This document shows, one piece after another, positions 35,817 to 44,537 of a stretch of 64,000 bases of DNA. The translations under genes were made by a program, and so were the position numbers. The notes beneath the pieces were generated by a model. The model ran no database searches, was not told the origin of the DNA, and saw only the letters and a list, made by a program, of their open reading frames with translations. Position 1 is the stretch's first letter; each line of letters begins with the position of its first letter. The stretch is taken from the sequence record OU343167.1; one strand, given 5' to 3'.

Positions 35817-37124
35817 ATGTACAATTTGAAAGGCTTTTACAGCTTCCCTGCACTCATTTCGAATGCACCTGAAACTGTAGCGAAGCTCGGCGAACTTTCG
35901 TCGAACAGCGCAACCTATGCAAAGGACAAGACTTTCCACACCGGTACGTCCGCACCAAACGTTGTTTTTATTTCTTTTCATAGCGTAAAGGATGGAAACG
36001 TTGTTGATGTTGCTGGTAACAACAAAGATCAAGTTCTTAAGCTAGGTGAATATATTTATCAACAGTCGATTTCTGGTACGATCGGTTCCGATCCTAACGT
36101 ACTTCGTCAACTGGTGATGGCAGAGTTTAATGGGGTTATCCAAAGTTTCCGTAGTGGTCAAATGATTTCTAACGGTAGCATTTGGATGCCAGAATGGGTT
36201 GAATTCGTATTAGTTGGTTCTGAAGCTAACCAGATGAATATCTGGCTTGCAGATGAATCCTTTGCAGCTCAGTACGATGAATACATCATCGAGATCGTAC
36301 ATCCGATAATTCCGTATGACGATTTCTTTAAAGATCCGCTTATTGTTAAGCAGCTACTGGACGATTATGATCTCGTTGAGAAGATCGAAGAAGTTCAGGC
36401 TAAGCGGGCACAATATCCATATACACATCAACGGGCATTCATGTTTGAATACCATAATCCCCGTGATGATTCTATGCGTTTCCCCGCCTATTGGATTGCA
36501 ATCGTCTATGGCGAGGCTGGCAACAACCCTGACCTCATCAAAGACAAGATTGTAGAAGAACTACTGGCTGACTCTGCACATCCACGGACAGATTGGGAAG
36601 TTATTCTTCCAGACCTGTTCATGACAACTGAGTTCATCTTTACTCCATTCTGGAACCAGTATTCTATCGAACAAGCCGATTATCGAGCTGGTACCTACAG
36701 TCCTACTGTAGACCATCGTAAACGACTTCCTTTGATTCGTCGAACAGCACGTGGGCCAGGTTATACTCAAACCTACGTAGACAATAAATTCGAGCTGTCT
36801 TCGAACACATACAAATCCATTGCCTTCTCCGTATTGGGTAACCCTCAAAACAGGAATGGTATTACACAGTTCTCGCAGAAATTTAAAGATTATCAGTTAG
36901 TAACTAACGATACTGGAGATATCAATAAATCGTCGCCTGAAACAATTGAATGGATGATGTTGTTCTCGAAGCTACTGAAAGCAGCCGAAGGGATGACTCG
37001 CTATAGCTCTGTTCCACAAGGGGTGTCTCGCATGATTCGTGATAATGTGATTTATGCAAGCGCATACTTTAAGAACGTTAACTACATGGTTGTAGCTAAA
37101 GCTAGCGTAGAAGAATTATCCTAA
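35817..37124 (+). CDS. Virion structural protein (gp157-like position, 435 aa)
   Basis: GAGGA SD; long ORF; synteny. Confidence 0.7.
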   Translation: MYNLKGFYSFPALISNAPETVAKLGELSSNSATYAKDKTFHTGTSAPNVVFISFHSVKDGNVVDVAGNNKDQVLKLGEYIYQQSISGTIGSDPNVLRQLVMAEFNGVIQSFRSGQMISNGSIWMPEWVEFVLVGSEANQMNIWLADESFAAQYDEYIIEIVHPIIPYDDFFKDPLIVKQLLDDYDLVEKIEEVQAKRAQYPYTHQRAFMFEYHNPRDDSMRFPAYWIAIVYGEAGNNPDLIKDKIVEELLADSAHPRTDWEVILPDLFMTTEFIFTPFWNQYSIEQADYRAGTYSPTVDHRKRLPLIRRTARGPGYTQTYVDNKFELSSNTYKSIAFSVLGNPQNRNGITQFSQKFKDYQLVTNDTGDINKSSPETIEWMMLFSKLLKAAEGMTRYSSVPQGVSRMIRDNVIYASAYFKNVNYMVVAKASVEELS

Positions 37125-37127
37125 AAA

Positions 37128-37160
37128 CATAAGGGAGAGGGGAAACCCTCTCCTTTTATT
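37128..37160 (+). terminator. Intrinsic terminator
   Basis: GGAGAGGG-GAAA-CCCTCTCC-TTTT. Confidence 0.8.
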
Positions 37161-37171
37161 AGGGGATACAC

Positions 37172-38746
37172 ATGCGTCAAATTTCTATTTCACTTACCGA
37201 TAACCCTATCGGTGCTAGTCCATTAGTTGGACTTTATAAAGCGATTAACGCTAAATATTCCAGCCTAGGTCTGACCCAAGCAAACTCTCGGGTTATTAGA
37301 GTACAACCAGCAGCAACTAAAGAAAGACCCAACCAGACAGTAGTGTTTATTCAGAAGGGAACTTCTTATGACACTATTTACGATTTTTATTACGATCGTT
37401 TTAACCTAAACGATTTTATTGAAAATCCATACTGGACGGCTTCTGAAGTTGAAGAACTCCAACAGATGGAGAACTCTACTGAAGTCCTTGGTGAAGTGGC
37501 TCGTAAATCGACTTTAAATTTAACAAAATCAGATATTTGGGTTAACGATACTTCTATCGATTATACCGGTGGACAAGTCGGACCTAACTGGTTATTAAAG
37601 TCTATTTACAACTCACTGTATTTTACCGGCGAACTAGTTCTTTGGTTACATTCAGGTGGAGATGGTCCTGGTCCAGAGCCTGAACCTATAGATGGGTTCT
37701 ATGAACATATCTTCGAAGGTTCGATCTCTAATTACATTACTGGTACATTTGGTAACCCAGGTTACTATGTATCTCTTAGTGTACAACAGAATGGTAACCG
37801 TGTTTATGTACTCGAACCAATTCCTGAGGGTGAGAAGGTACCTACACTGAACTGGCCTACCTACCATGAAAATGATCCAGCTACACTTGTACCTGGACAT
37901 GAATGGATTATTATCAATAACTCCGGACATGAGATCACATTTGATCCAGAGGGACTTAGTCATAATAAATTCCTCTTACCTGCATGGAATGTAATCGCAG
38001 TTAAACAGGGTGGGACTATTCGTGGTACTGCCATCGGTTGGGATAATAATACCAATCAATGGATTTGGGCAATTTCTGGGGATATTGTTCAAGGTAAAAC
38101 TGTAGGTAGTTCTATCATGGATGACTTGATTAGTTGGTATGCCATGGAAGGGATTGCTACAGACTCACACGGCGGTCATAACTTCGGATTTAACTCTGAA
38201 AGTACGATACCTGGTAAAGTTGGTCAAGCACTAAGTGGTATAAAAGCTTCCGGTGCTGAAGGTAACTTCGGTAGCTATAATAGCGGTACGGCAATGTTTG
38301 GTTGGTTTAAAGTAAATAACCCAACCGTAAGTCAGGAATATGTATTGACTCTTGGTAAGTTTGGCGAGTACTATGGCTGTAAGTACGGCTTATCGTACAG
38401 AGGTTCCAACGGCTGGAGAGGATTCTCTCGCAATGCTGCTAACACAGAGACTACTGTATCTACTGGCGGTCAACACATGGGTAAAGGAGAATGGCAATTC
38501 ATCGTTCTTCAAGTAAAAGATCGATTCCTTGAGATCTATGTTGACAATGGTAATCCGATACGTAAAGAAATTCCATTACCAAGTAGTGGTTCTTATGATG
38601 GTCTACAGTTCGGAGAAATCTTTAGTGATTCCAAGTTTGATGGCGCTGTAGATGAAGTTGGATTATGCTGGCGACCGCTAGAGAAAGAAGAGATCGCGTG
38701 GCTATACAACAATGGTCAAGGTCGTACTTATGAAACTCTTGTTTAA
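37172..38746 (+). CDS. Multidomain virion accessory protein: paralog-family N-domain, beta domain, LamG/concanavalin-like C-domain (524 aa)
   Basis: FYYDRFNL and NSLYFTG N-domain; GPGPEPEP linker; FGWFK...WQFIVL...IYVDNG...FDGAVDEVGL..RPL..EEI..LYN is the LamG-like pattern. Confidence 0.75.
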   Translation: MRQISISLTDNPIGASPLVGLYKAINAKYSSLGLTQANSRVIRVQPAATKERPNQTVVFIQKGTSYDTIYDFYYDRFNLNDFIENPYWTASEVEELQQMENSTEVLGEVARKSTLNLTKSDIWVNDTSIDYTGGQVGPNWLLKSIYNSLYFTGELVLWLHSGGDGPGPEPEPIDGFYEHIFEGSISNYITGTFGNPGYYVSLSVQQNGNRVYVLEPIPEGEKVPTLNWPTYHENDPATLVPGHEWIIINNSGHEITFDPEGLSHNKFLLPAWNVIAVKQGGTIRGTAIGWDNNTNQWIWAISGDIVQGKTVGSSIMDDLISWYAMEGIATDSHGGHNFGFNSESTIPGKVGQALSGIKASGAEGNFGSYNSGTAMFGWFKVNNPTVSQEYVLTLGKFGEYYGCKYGLSYRGSNGWRGFSRNAANTETTVSTGGQHMGKGEWQFIVLQVKDRFLEIYVDNGNPIRKEIPLPSSGSYDGLQFGEIFSDSKFDGAVDEVGLCWRPLEKEEIAWLYNNGQGRTYETLV

Positions 38747-38752
38747 GGAGGA

Positions 38753-39175
38753 ATGATGGCTACGATGTGTGTTAGTTGGCCAGAGATCATCACCATGGAT
38801 CTTTCTGGTGCCGGCGCAGGTGGAGAGACTGTAAGCAATAGAAAGGATATTTTGAGTAGTACACTGATTTTAACCGGTGGTACTTTCGATGGTAAAGATA
38901 AAGCTAATGGAAATTATAATGACGCGTTTATCTTCTACCTGGATACTCCAGATATGCCTGCTGACCAGCGTGTCCGATTTAAAGTTTTCAACCATAGCGA
39001 ACGTTCGATCATATTCAACGTCCCAGAGAGATGGCTTGGTAAACGGAATGGTATTCAACTAGTTATCCAACCTGGTAACGGAGTTGAGATTCTACGTGTA
39101 GTCTGGATTGATGAAGATACACCGATTATTCGATGGATCATGCGTGGACCACATTACGAATTCAACAACATGTAG
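38753..39175 (+). CDS. Hypothetical beta-domain protein (~140 aa)
   Basis: AAGGAGG SD; resembles the middle domain of 37172. Confidence 0.7.
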   Translation: MMATMCVSWPEIITMDLSGAGAGGETVSNRKDILSSTLILTGGTFDGKDKANGNYNDAFIFYLDTPDMPADQRVRFKVFNHSERSIIFNVPERWLGKRNGIQLVIQPGNGVEILRVVWIDEDTPIIRWIMRGPHYEFNNM

Positions 39176-39182
39176 GTGTTAT

Positions 39183-39638
39183 ATGGACATTAATCCAATT
39201 AATTGCTGGAACTTTGTTGATTCACCAAACCAGCTTCTGATCACTGATTACCCTGAGCAGTTTAGTTATGACGGTTACACAATGGCCGTTAACAAGATCG
39301 ATGTTTCTAAATACGTCGATACTATTCTTATACTTGGTAATCCCTCAGATGAAGGTAGGGAATATGACATCGGTATTGTTTTAAAATACAATAGCGATTA
39401 TGTTTCTGGTACTGCATGTGATATCGTCTTTCCGACAGGTATCATAAGTGGAGGTTGTGTACTCTACGAAGACAGTAATGGTGATTATCATCGTCTACGT
39501 TCTAATTATCCAAGTCTCACTCCAGATGGCACCTATTATTTTGAATCAGGTGAAGCCATCAGAGTGACATTGTTTATTGATAAGTGGACTAACAAATATT
39601 ACTGGCAATTATCAGAACTGATAGAGCGTCAATACTAA
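39183..39638 (+). CDS. Hypothetical beta-domain protein (151 aa)
   Basis: AGGT SD favours ATG 39183 over the track start 39108. Confidence 0.7.
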   Translation: MDINPINCWNFVDSPNQLLITDYPEQFSYDGYTMAVNKIDVSKYVDTILILGNPSDEGREYDIGIVLKYNSDYVSGTACDIVFPTGIISGGCVLYEDSNGDYHRLRSNYPSLTPDGTYYFESGEAIRVTLFIDKWTNKYYWQLSELIERQY

Positions 39639-39642
39639 GAAT

Positions 39643-39670
39643 GTGGCTCGGTTAACCGAGCCACTCTTTA
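39643..39670 (+). terminator. Intrinsic terminator
   Basis: GTGGCTCGG-TTAA-CCGAGCCAC-TCTTT. Confidence 0.8.
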
Positions 39671-39714
39671 CTTTCATTACCAATTACATGACAATTCAAT
39701 AGTGAGTATGATAC

Positions 39715-40344
39715 ATGGCCACTAACAATTTAATGGTCCCTCCAATTGGTACAAAGGGACTATATGTTCTTCTACCTCCGTTTGATAAAGTATTGGAAGC
39801 AGCTGAACTTTACGAATGCGGTGCTATCCGCTACTTCGAGGATGTAGAAAATAATGGTCGTTCAGTTTATGACCTTTATTACAAGCCTTGGAAAATCGAC
39901 GAGGCACGCGTCGCGACAGATCGACAGCAAGGTCATGTAATCGTAACGTTGCTGTCACCTAAATTCCCACCTGTTTATGTACCATCGAGCTACATCAAAT
40001 CTTATCCTGATCTTAGCTCTAAGCCATACAACCAAGTCATCATGACTCTGTCGCTTGGTGCATTGCCAGATGACGTAATTCTAGATACAGCCGCTAATGC
40101 TGCTGCGAATGCAGTTAGTGATACGATTGGTGTTAATCCAGAAGTCCACTTTGGCATTATGCCGTTGTCAGATGCTGTAACACCAGCCGTCCACGAAACA
40201 CGTGAGGCAGCACGACAAGGTAAGATCAAGAATCGTACGACGGATTATGCTCGTCTACTTGAACTGGAAAATGCCAACTCTATTTTAAAGCAACAGAACC
40301 TTATTCTTGAGAAAATCATCAAGGATAACAACCTGCTGCCTTAA
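39715..40344 (+). CDS. Conserved hypothetical/virion protein (209 aa)
   Basis: ORF with C-terminal coiled coil, upstream of the head protein genes. Confidence 0.75.
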   Translation: MATNNLMVPPIGTKGLYVLLPPFDKVLEAAELYECGAIRYFEDVENNGRSVYDLYYKPWKIDEARVATDRQQGHVIVTLLSPKFPPVYVPSSYIKSYPDLSSKPYNQVIMTLSLGALPDDVILDTAANAAANAVSDTIGVNPEVHFGIMPLSDAVTPAVHETREAARQGKIKNRTTDYARLLELENANSILKQQNLILEKIIKDNNLLP

Positions 40345-40397
40345 CAACCTTATGTAGTTTAAACTCACGAAATCCCCCGCAATTGTGGAGTATATAA

Positions 40398-42158
40398 ATG
40401 GCCCGCGCTAACCTTTTCGATCTGTGCCGTAGCATCTCTAACGAATCCATTACTGAAGAAGTAGAGAACAAAGCTGCTGGTACTGTCACTGAAGCCTCCG
40501 ATCAGAACGTGGATCTGGAAGGCAAGAAAGATCTCGAACCTCAACTGAAGAGTGATGAGGGCGAAAAGCCTGATGCTGATGATGTTGATGCTTCGGTCAC
40601 TAACACACAGACTAGTGAACCAGGTCCCACTGAAGGTGGTGGCGATGGTACTGCCGAAACTGTAGATGTGACCAATGTTCATACTTCGGACACCGTTGAG
40701 AATCACGTAACCGCCGTTGACCAAACTGGTCTTGGGGATGTTGGTTCTGCACATGACGAAGTATCGGCTGACGATGATAACGTCGCTACCACTACTTCTG
40801 TAGAAGAACACACTGATGGTCTCGATACCATCGAATCTGGTGAAACTGAATCCGTTGGCGAAGCTGACGACATGGTACAGGACATCGATGAAGCTGTTGA
40901 AGCTCTTACTGCCGATGGCCTTACATCCGCTACTGATGCCAAAGGTGCCGTTGTAAACGAGATTGCTTCGGATATGGGCGACATTGAAAACGCCAAAGCT
41001 TCCGTTGAGCGTTATCTTGGTATCCTGCGTGGCATGCGTGAAAACGGCTATGAAGTTACTAACGAGCTGGCTGAGTCGATGCGTGTCGGTCTGGAAATGA
41101 TTGATCCTGATTTCTTCTCTGATACCGTGGTATCCGTTGAAGAACTTGACGACAGCGATAAGCATACTTCTGCTCGTGATGCTACTGAAAGCAAACTCAC
41201 TGCTAAGATGAAGTCTTTGCTGGAAGCAGCCCGTAATGTTCTGATGCGTATCTTCAACGCATTGATGGACTTCTGGCGCTCCTTTACTCAAGATGCTACC
41301 AAACTGAAAGAACGCCTGCGTACTCTCCGTAGTAAAGTAGGTACTCTTGATGGTGGTAAGCAGATTAAGATTGGTGGTCTGCAACGTCTGTCCATTGGTA
41401 AAGAATTCGTTGGCGATAGTCCTGAAGCTATTAAGCGTGTTGAGAATACCGCTGATATCGTTCTCATCAACTGGCCGAGCAAACTTGCTGAAATTCTGAA
41501 GAAGTTTGATGATAAATCTACTTACTACTTCGGCGTTCAAAGCGGTCTCGCTCCTGAAATGCTCGATGCGATCGATGACATTCTGTCTAACTCCTTCCGT
41601 GGATTCAAGAATGTTAATTCCAACGAGAAAGATAAAGTTCCGAGTGGTATGTTGAATAGCACCTCGGTTCATATGTCCGAAGTTCTTCCGGGTAACCGTG
41701 CAATGTTCGTTGGTGTGAACACCGATTACGCAGCCGATAAGACTTTCAACTTCAACAACGCTATTAATATCAACTTCTCGGTTATTCCGGGCGGCGATAG
41801 CTATGGTGGTGCCGATATCATCAAAACGATGTCTGCTGGTGAAGCAGTTTCTGTTATTCGCGCTACCGAGCAACTGATCAATAAAGTTGAAGCAGCTGTT
41901 GAAGGTCGTAGCAAGCTGAATGAACTCGCCCAACGGGTTAACCAGAAAGGATCTAGTTTCCTGTTTGGTGCACTGATGACCGGTGATGAGAACTCGGCTA
42001 TTTCCAGTCTGCTTGCCATTACTCTGGCTCGTCAAACTGCTAATGCTAACCATCTGTTTACAGGTTATTGCCTGAACCTGGTTAAAGCTGAAATCGCTGT
42101 TATTGAAGCCATGCTGAAAGCTGAACATGGTGATGTTATCGAAGGCGAGAAAGCCTAA
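40398..42158 (+). CDS. Internal head protein with acidic propeptide (gp162-like, 586 aa)
   Basis: ~250-aa D/E/T-rich N-terminus, several S/A-x-E motifs (ISNE, TSVE, VSVE, ATE); LQRLSIG motif shared with the next gene. Confidence 0.75.
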   Translation: MARANLFDLCRSISNESITEEVENKAAGTVTEASDQNVDLEGKKDLEPQLKSDEGEKPDADDVDASVTNTQTSEPGPTEGGGDGTAETVDVTNVHTSDTVENHVTAVDQTGLGDVGSAHDEVSADDDNVATTTSVEEHTDGLDTIESGETESVGEADDMVQDIDEAVEALTADGLTSATDAKGAVVNEIASDMGDIENAKASVERYLGILRGMRENGYEVTNELAESMRVGLEMIDPDFFSDTVVSVEELDDSDKHTSARDATESKLTAKMKSLLEAARNVLMRIFNALMDFWRSFTQDATKLKERLRTLRSKVGTLDGGKQIKIGGLQRLSIGKEFVGDSPEAIKRVENTADIVLINWPSKLAEILKKFDDKSTYYFGVQSGLAPEMLDAIDDILSNSFRGFKNVNSNEKDKVPSGMLNSTSVHMSEVLPGNRAMFVGVNTDYAADKTFNFNNAININFSVIPGGDSYGGADIIKTMSAGEAVSVIRATEQLINKVEAAVEGRSKLNELAQRVNQKGSSFLFGALMTGDENSAISSLLAITLARQTANANHLFTGYCLNLVKAEIAVIEAMLKAEHGDVIEGEKA

Positions 42159-42168
42159 GGGTGAAAGC

Positions 42169-43353
42169 ATGTCCTATCTGGCACAATGGAATGAAGTATC
42201 TGAAGACCTGAGTAAGATTCAGCGTCTTGGTTCTTCTCTAGAGCGCTACCGCGATCTGCTAGCTGGACGTGACGTTGTAACAGGGGCTACTGCTGATGTT
42301 ATCTCGGTAGCCCTTGAGAGTATTGACCCTGACTTTGATATCAAAGAAGGTTCTAAAATTACTCTGAGAGCAATCAAAGAAGGCATTATCGCGGCGGCGA
42401 AAGCCACCCGCGATATTGTCCGCTACATCTGGGAATTGCTTAACTCTTTCTACGTCAAATTCACCGGTAGCATTCGTCGTGTTCGTCGCACACAAGAAAG
42501 CATTAGTCGACGCTTAGGTAAACTAGGCTCGGCAACTACTTACCAGAAAATGTCTGTAGCTGGTGTACAACGTCTATCTATTGATGGTAACTTCGTGGGG
42601 TTAGACCTTAACCACTTGAACGACATCAAAGATCTAACCAACTACATTCTCAACCATTATCCTAAATCGGTTGCAAAGATTGCACGGAACAGTTCTCGAC
42701 AGTTCCTGAATATCTTGGATAAATCTAAGGATGCTAGCTCTAATGAAGTAGCTGGTGAGGTTGTAGAAGCATTTGCAAATATCCTCCAACGTGATTTTAC
42801 CCCTCCGCATGGTCATGCCCCTCTCCAACAGAGAGAACTGACTACTGCGGAAAAAGGTGTCCATCGTTCGGTTGTCCTACCTGGCAACGTAGCGTTCATC
42901 TATACACCACCTGACGTTATCAGTCAGATGTTGAATAATAGTAAAGTCGCTAATGAGGATGTTGTAAGACGTTCGTTTACAATGCAGTTCGCTGAGCTAC
43001 AGCTAAATGTAGCTGACCGTTCTGAACGTGAGATTGATGTACCTTCTGTCCGTACTCTTAGTGAGATCACTCAGTTGATCTCCAGCATCCTTTCTCTAGC
43101 AGAGAAAGCTGAAACGGGTCAGCGGGACTTCTCCACGGTCAAAGTAGTTGTAGACGACGCTATTCGACAGATCGCTGAAGCGGGTGAAGAGGCAGGTAAA
43201 TCCTATAATTCTGTTCTCTCTATTATCGGCGAGATTTCGAAGAAGTTAGCTGAACCAATGGGTTTCTATACTCACTGGCTGGCTGTATCGCTTAATGTGT
43301 ATTTGACTTTCATTAGTCATTGCATCAAGCATTACGAAGCTGAAGGCGTATAA
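42169..43353 (+). CDS. Internal head protein paralog (gp163-like, 394 aa)
   Basis: ISVALE-S cleavage motif; VQRLSIDG and VLPGN motifs shared with 40398. Confidence 0.75.
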   Translation: MSYLAQWNEVSEDLSKIQRLGSSLERYRDLLAGRDVVTGATADVISVALESIDPDFDIKEGSKITLRAIKEGIIAAAKATRDIVRYIWELLNSFYVKFTGSIRRVRRTQESISRRLGKLGSATTYQKMSVAGVQRLSIDGNFVGLDLNHLNDIKDLTNYILNHYPKSVAKIARNSSRQFLNILDKSKDASSNEVAGEVVEAFANILQRDFTPPHGHAPLQQRELTTAEKGVHRSVVLPGNVAFIYTPPDVISQMLNNSKVANEDVVRRSFTMQFAELQLNVADRSEREIDVPSVRTLSEITQLISSILSLAEKAETGQRDFSTVKVVVDDAIRQIAEAGEEAGKSYNSVLSIIGEISKKLAEPMGFYTHWLAVSLNVYLTFISHCIKHYEAEGV

Positions 43354-43356
43354 CGG

Positions 43357-43390
43357 CATATCGCCCCTACCATTCGGTAGGGGCTTTATG
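43357..43390. terminator. Bidirectional terminator, CATA...TATG family
   Basis: CATA-TC-GCCCCTACC-ATTC-GGTAGGGGC-TT-TATG between convergent genes. Confidence 0.85.
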
Positions 43391-43393
43391 TTG

Positions 43394-43660
43394 TCAACCG
43401 CTACTAGTCGCATCGGGTCTACCGGTTGCAGTATGACCACAGCTAGCGGACATTCCTTGCAGAACAATTGGCACACCTTTAATAAAAGCTTTCGTTGAAG
43501 CTTGTACCATGTTTGCGCTGTTATGTGGGGATCGCCCATGACCATCTACGGGATCACCTAATACAGCAATTGGATTACCTTTATAGAAGCCAGTTGAATT
43601 ACCACTTGGTCTTATTGTTCCACCAGCAGAATCTATATTACAAACAGCTATACCAGGCAT
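43394..43660 (-). CDS. PAAR-like spike tip protein (88 aa)
   Basis: [12 protein letters not shown]...H...[15 protein letters not shown] resembles T4 gp5.4/PAAR; ATG 43660 overlaps the spike gene stop (TAATG). Confidence 0.85.
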   Translation of the reverse strand: MPGIAVCNIDSAGGTIRPSGNSTGFYKGNPIAVLGDPVDGHGRSPHNSANMVQASTKAFIKGVPIVLQGMSASCGHTATGRPDATSSG

Positions 43661-44469
43661 TAGACAATATCCCATCTTCCAGTTTGTTCGATAATGTGAC
43701 CCGCCACAGTTGTATGTGTCCCACTACTCGTTAGTGTAGTATTAGACGTATTACTGTTAATCGAATCTGGTCGCAGCTCAAGAGTTGTTCCGCCCACGGT
43801 CATTTTGATATGATCATCCGCAGACATTTCGATCCATTGCCGTTCTACCTTAACAAAAGAGTTGTCCGAGTTTATTAATTGTACACGTCGTTCAGTTGAA
43901 TCAAGTTCTATAAGCTGACCAACATCGTCTTTAATATAGACTGCGCCATAATCAGTATTGATTTGGAATGTGTATGCGAAAGGTTCTCCATTTGCTTTAG
44001 ATGTACCGATTGTCCAGTGTTTGTCATGTGCTGATATAGCCATGAAATAACACGTGCTAAAATCGATACCACCACCACCAGGTTTGGGCGAAGCATTCCA
44101 TGCAAATACAACGGATTCTAATGTACGGAGATTGTTACGAAGACCCATACACCGCCAATAGTACTGATCGGTGTCTCCCATTCGCCAAATCTCTACGATC
44201 TCGTTACGACGTACATCTGGTGGAGTAACACGGTTGTCTTCGTTCGGTAGCCATTCACAGTTAGTCGTTCTAGTTGTAGTAGCTTTAACATTATACTGAT
44301 TACCCTCGGCATCGAAACCTTGTAGTGTTTCCTGCAATGGGTCAAACGTTACTTCACCATCAGTACCAGTGGCAAGCTCTACAGGTAAAACGTCCACATG
44401 CCTTGAAGAACGTTCTTTGTTTGCAGCTACTCTACCAATACTTACTAATTTGAAAATTGAAGCTTCCAT
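43660..44469 (-). CDS. Central tail spike protein (gp5/VgrG-like, phiKZ gp164-like, 269 aa)
   Basis: OB-fold-like N-terminus, C-terminal short beta-helix repeats, coupled to the PAAR gene. Confidence 0.75.
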   Translation of the reverse strand: MEASIFKLVSIGRVAANKERSSRHVDVLPVELATGTDGEVTFDPLQETLQGFDAEGNQYNVKATTTRTTNCEWLPNEDNRVTPPDVRRNEIVEIWRMGDTDQYYWRCMGLRNNLRTLESVVFAWNASPKPGGGGIDFSTCYFMAISAHDKHWTIGTSKANGEPFAYTFQINTDYGAVYIKDDVGQLIELDSTERRVQLINSDNSFVKVERQWIEMSADDHIKMTVGGTTLELRPDSINSNTSNTTLTSSGTHTTVAGHIIEQTGRWDIV

Positions 44470-44537
44470 ATGTTCCTCTGAATAATTACTGGTAACCTTA
44501 GTTCTATAGGGTAACGTACGATTTTAAGGGCTTACCA

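Noticed and set aside
40365-42170. 601-aa minus-strand ORF opposite the gp162-like gene
   Set aside because: Antisense shadow; F/S/I-rich composition is the expected mirror of acidic codons.
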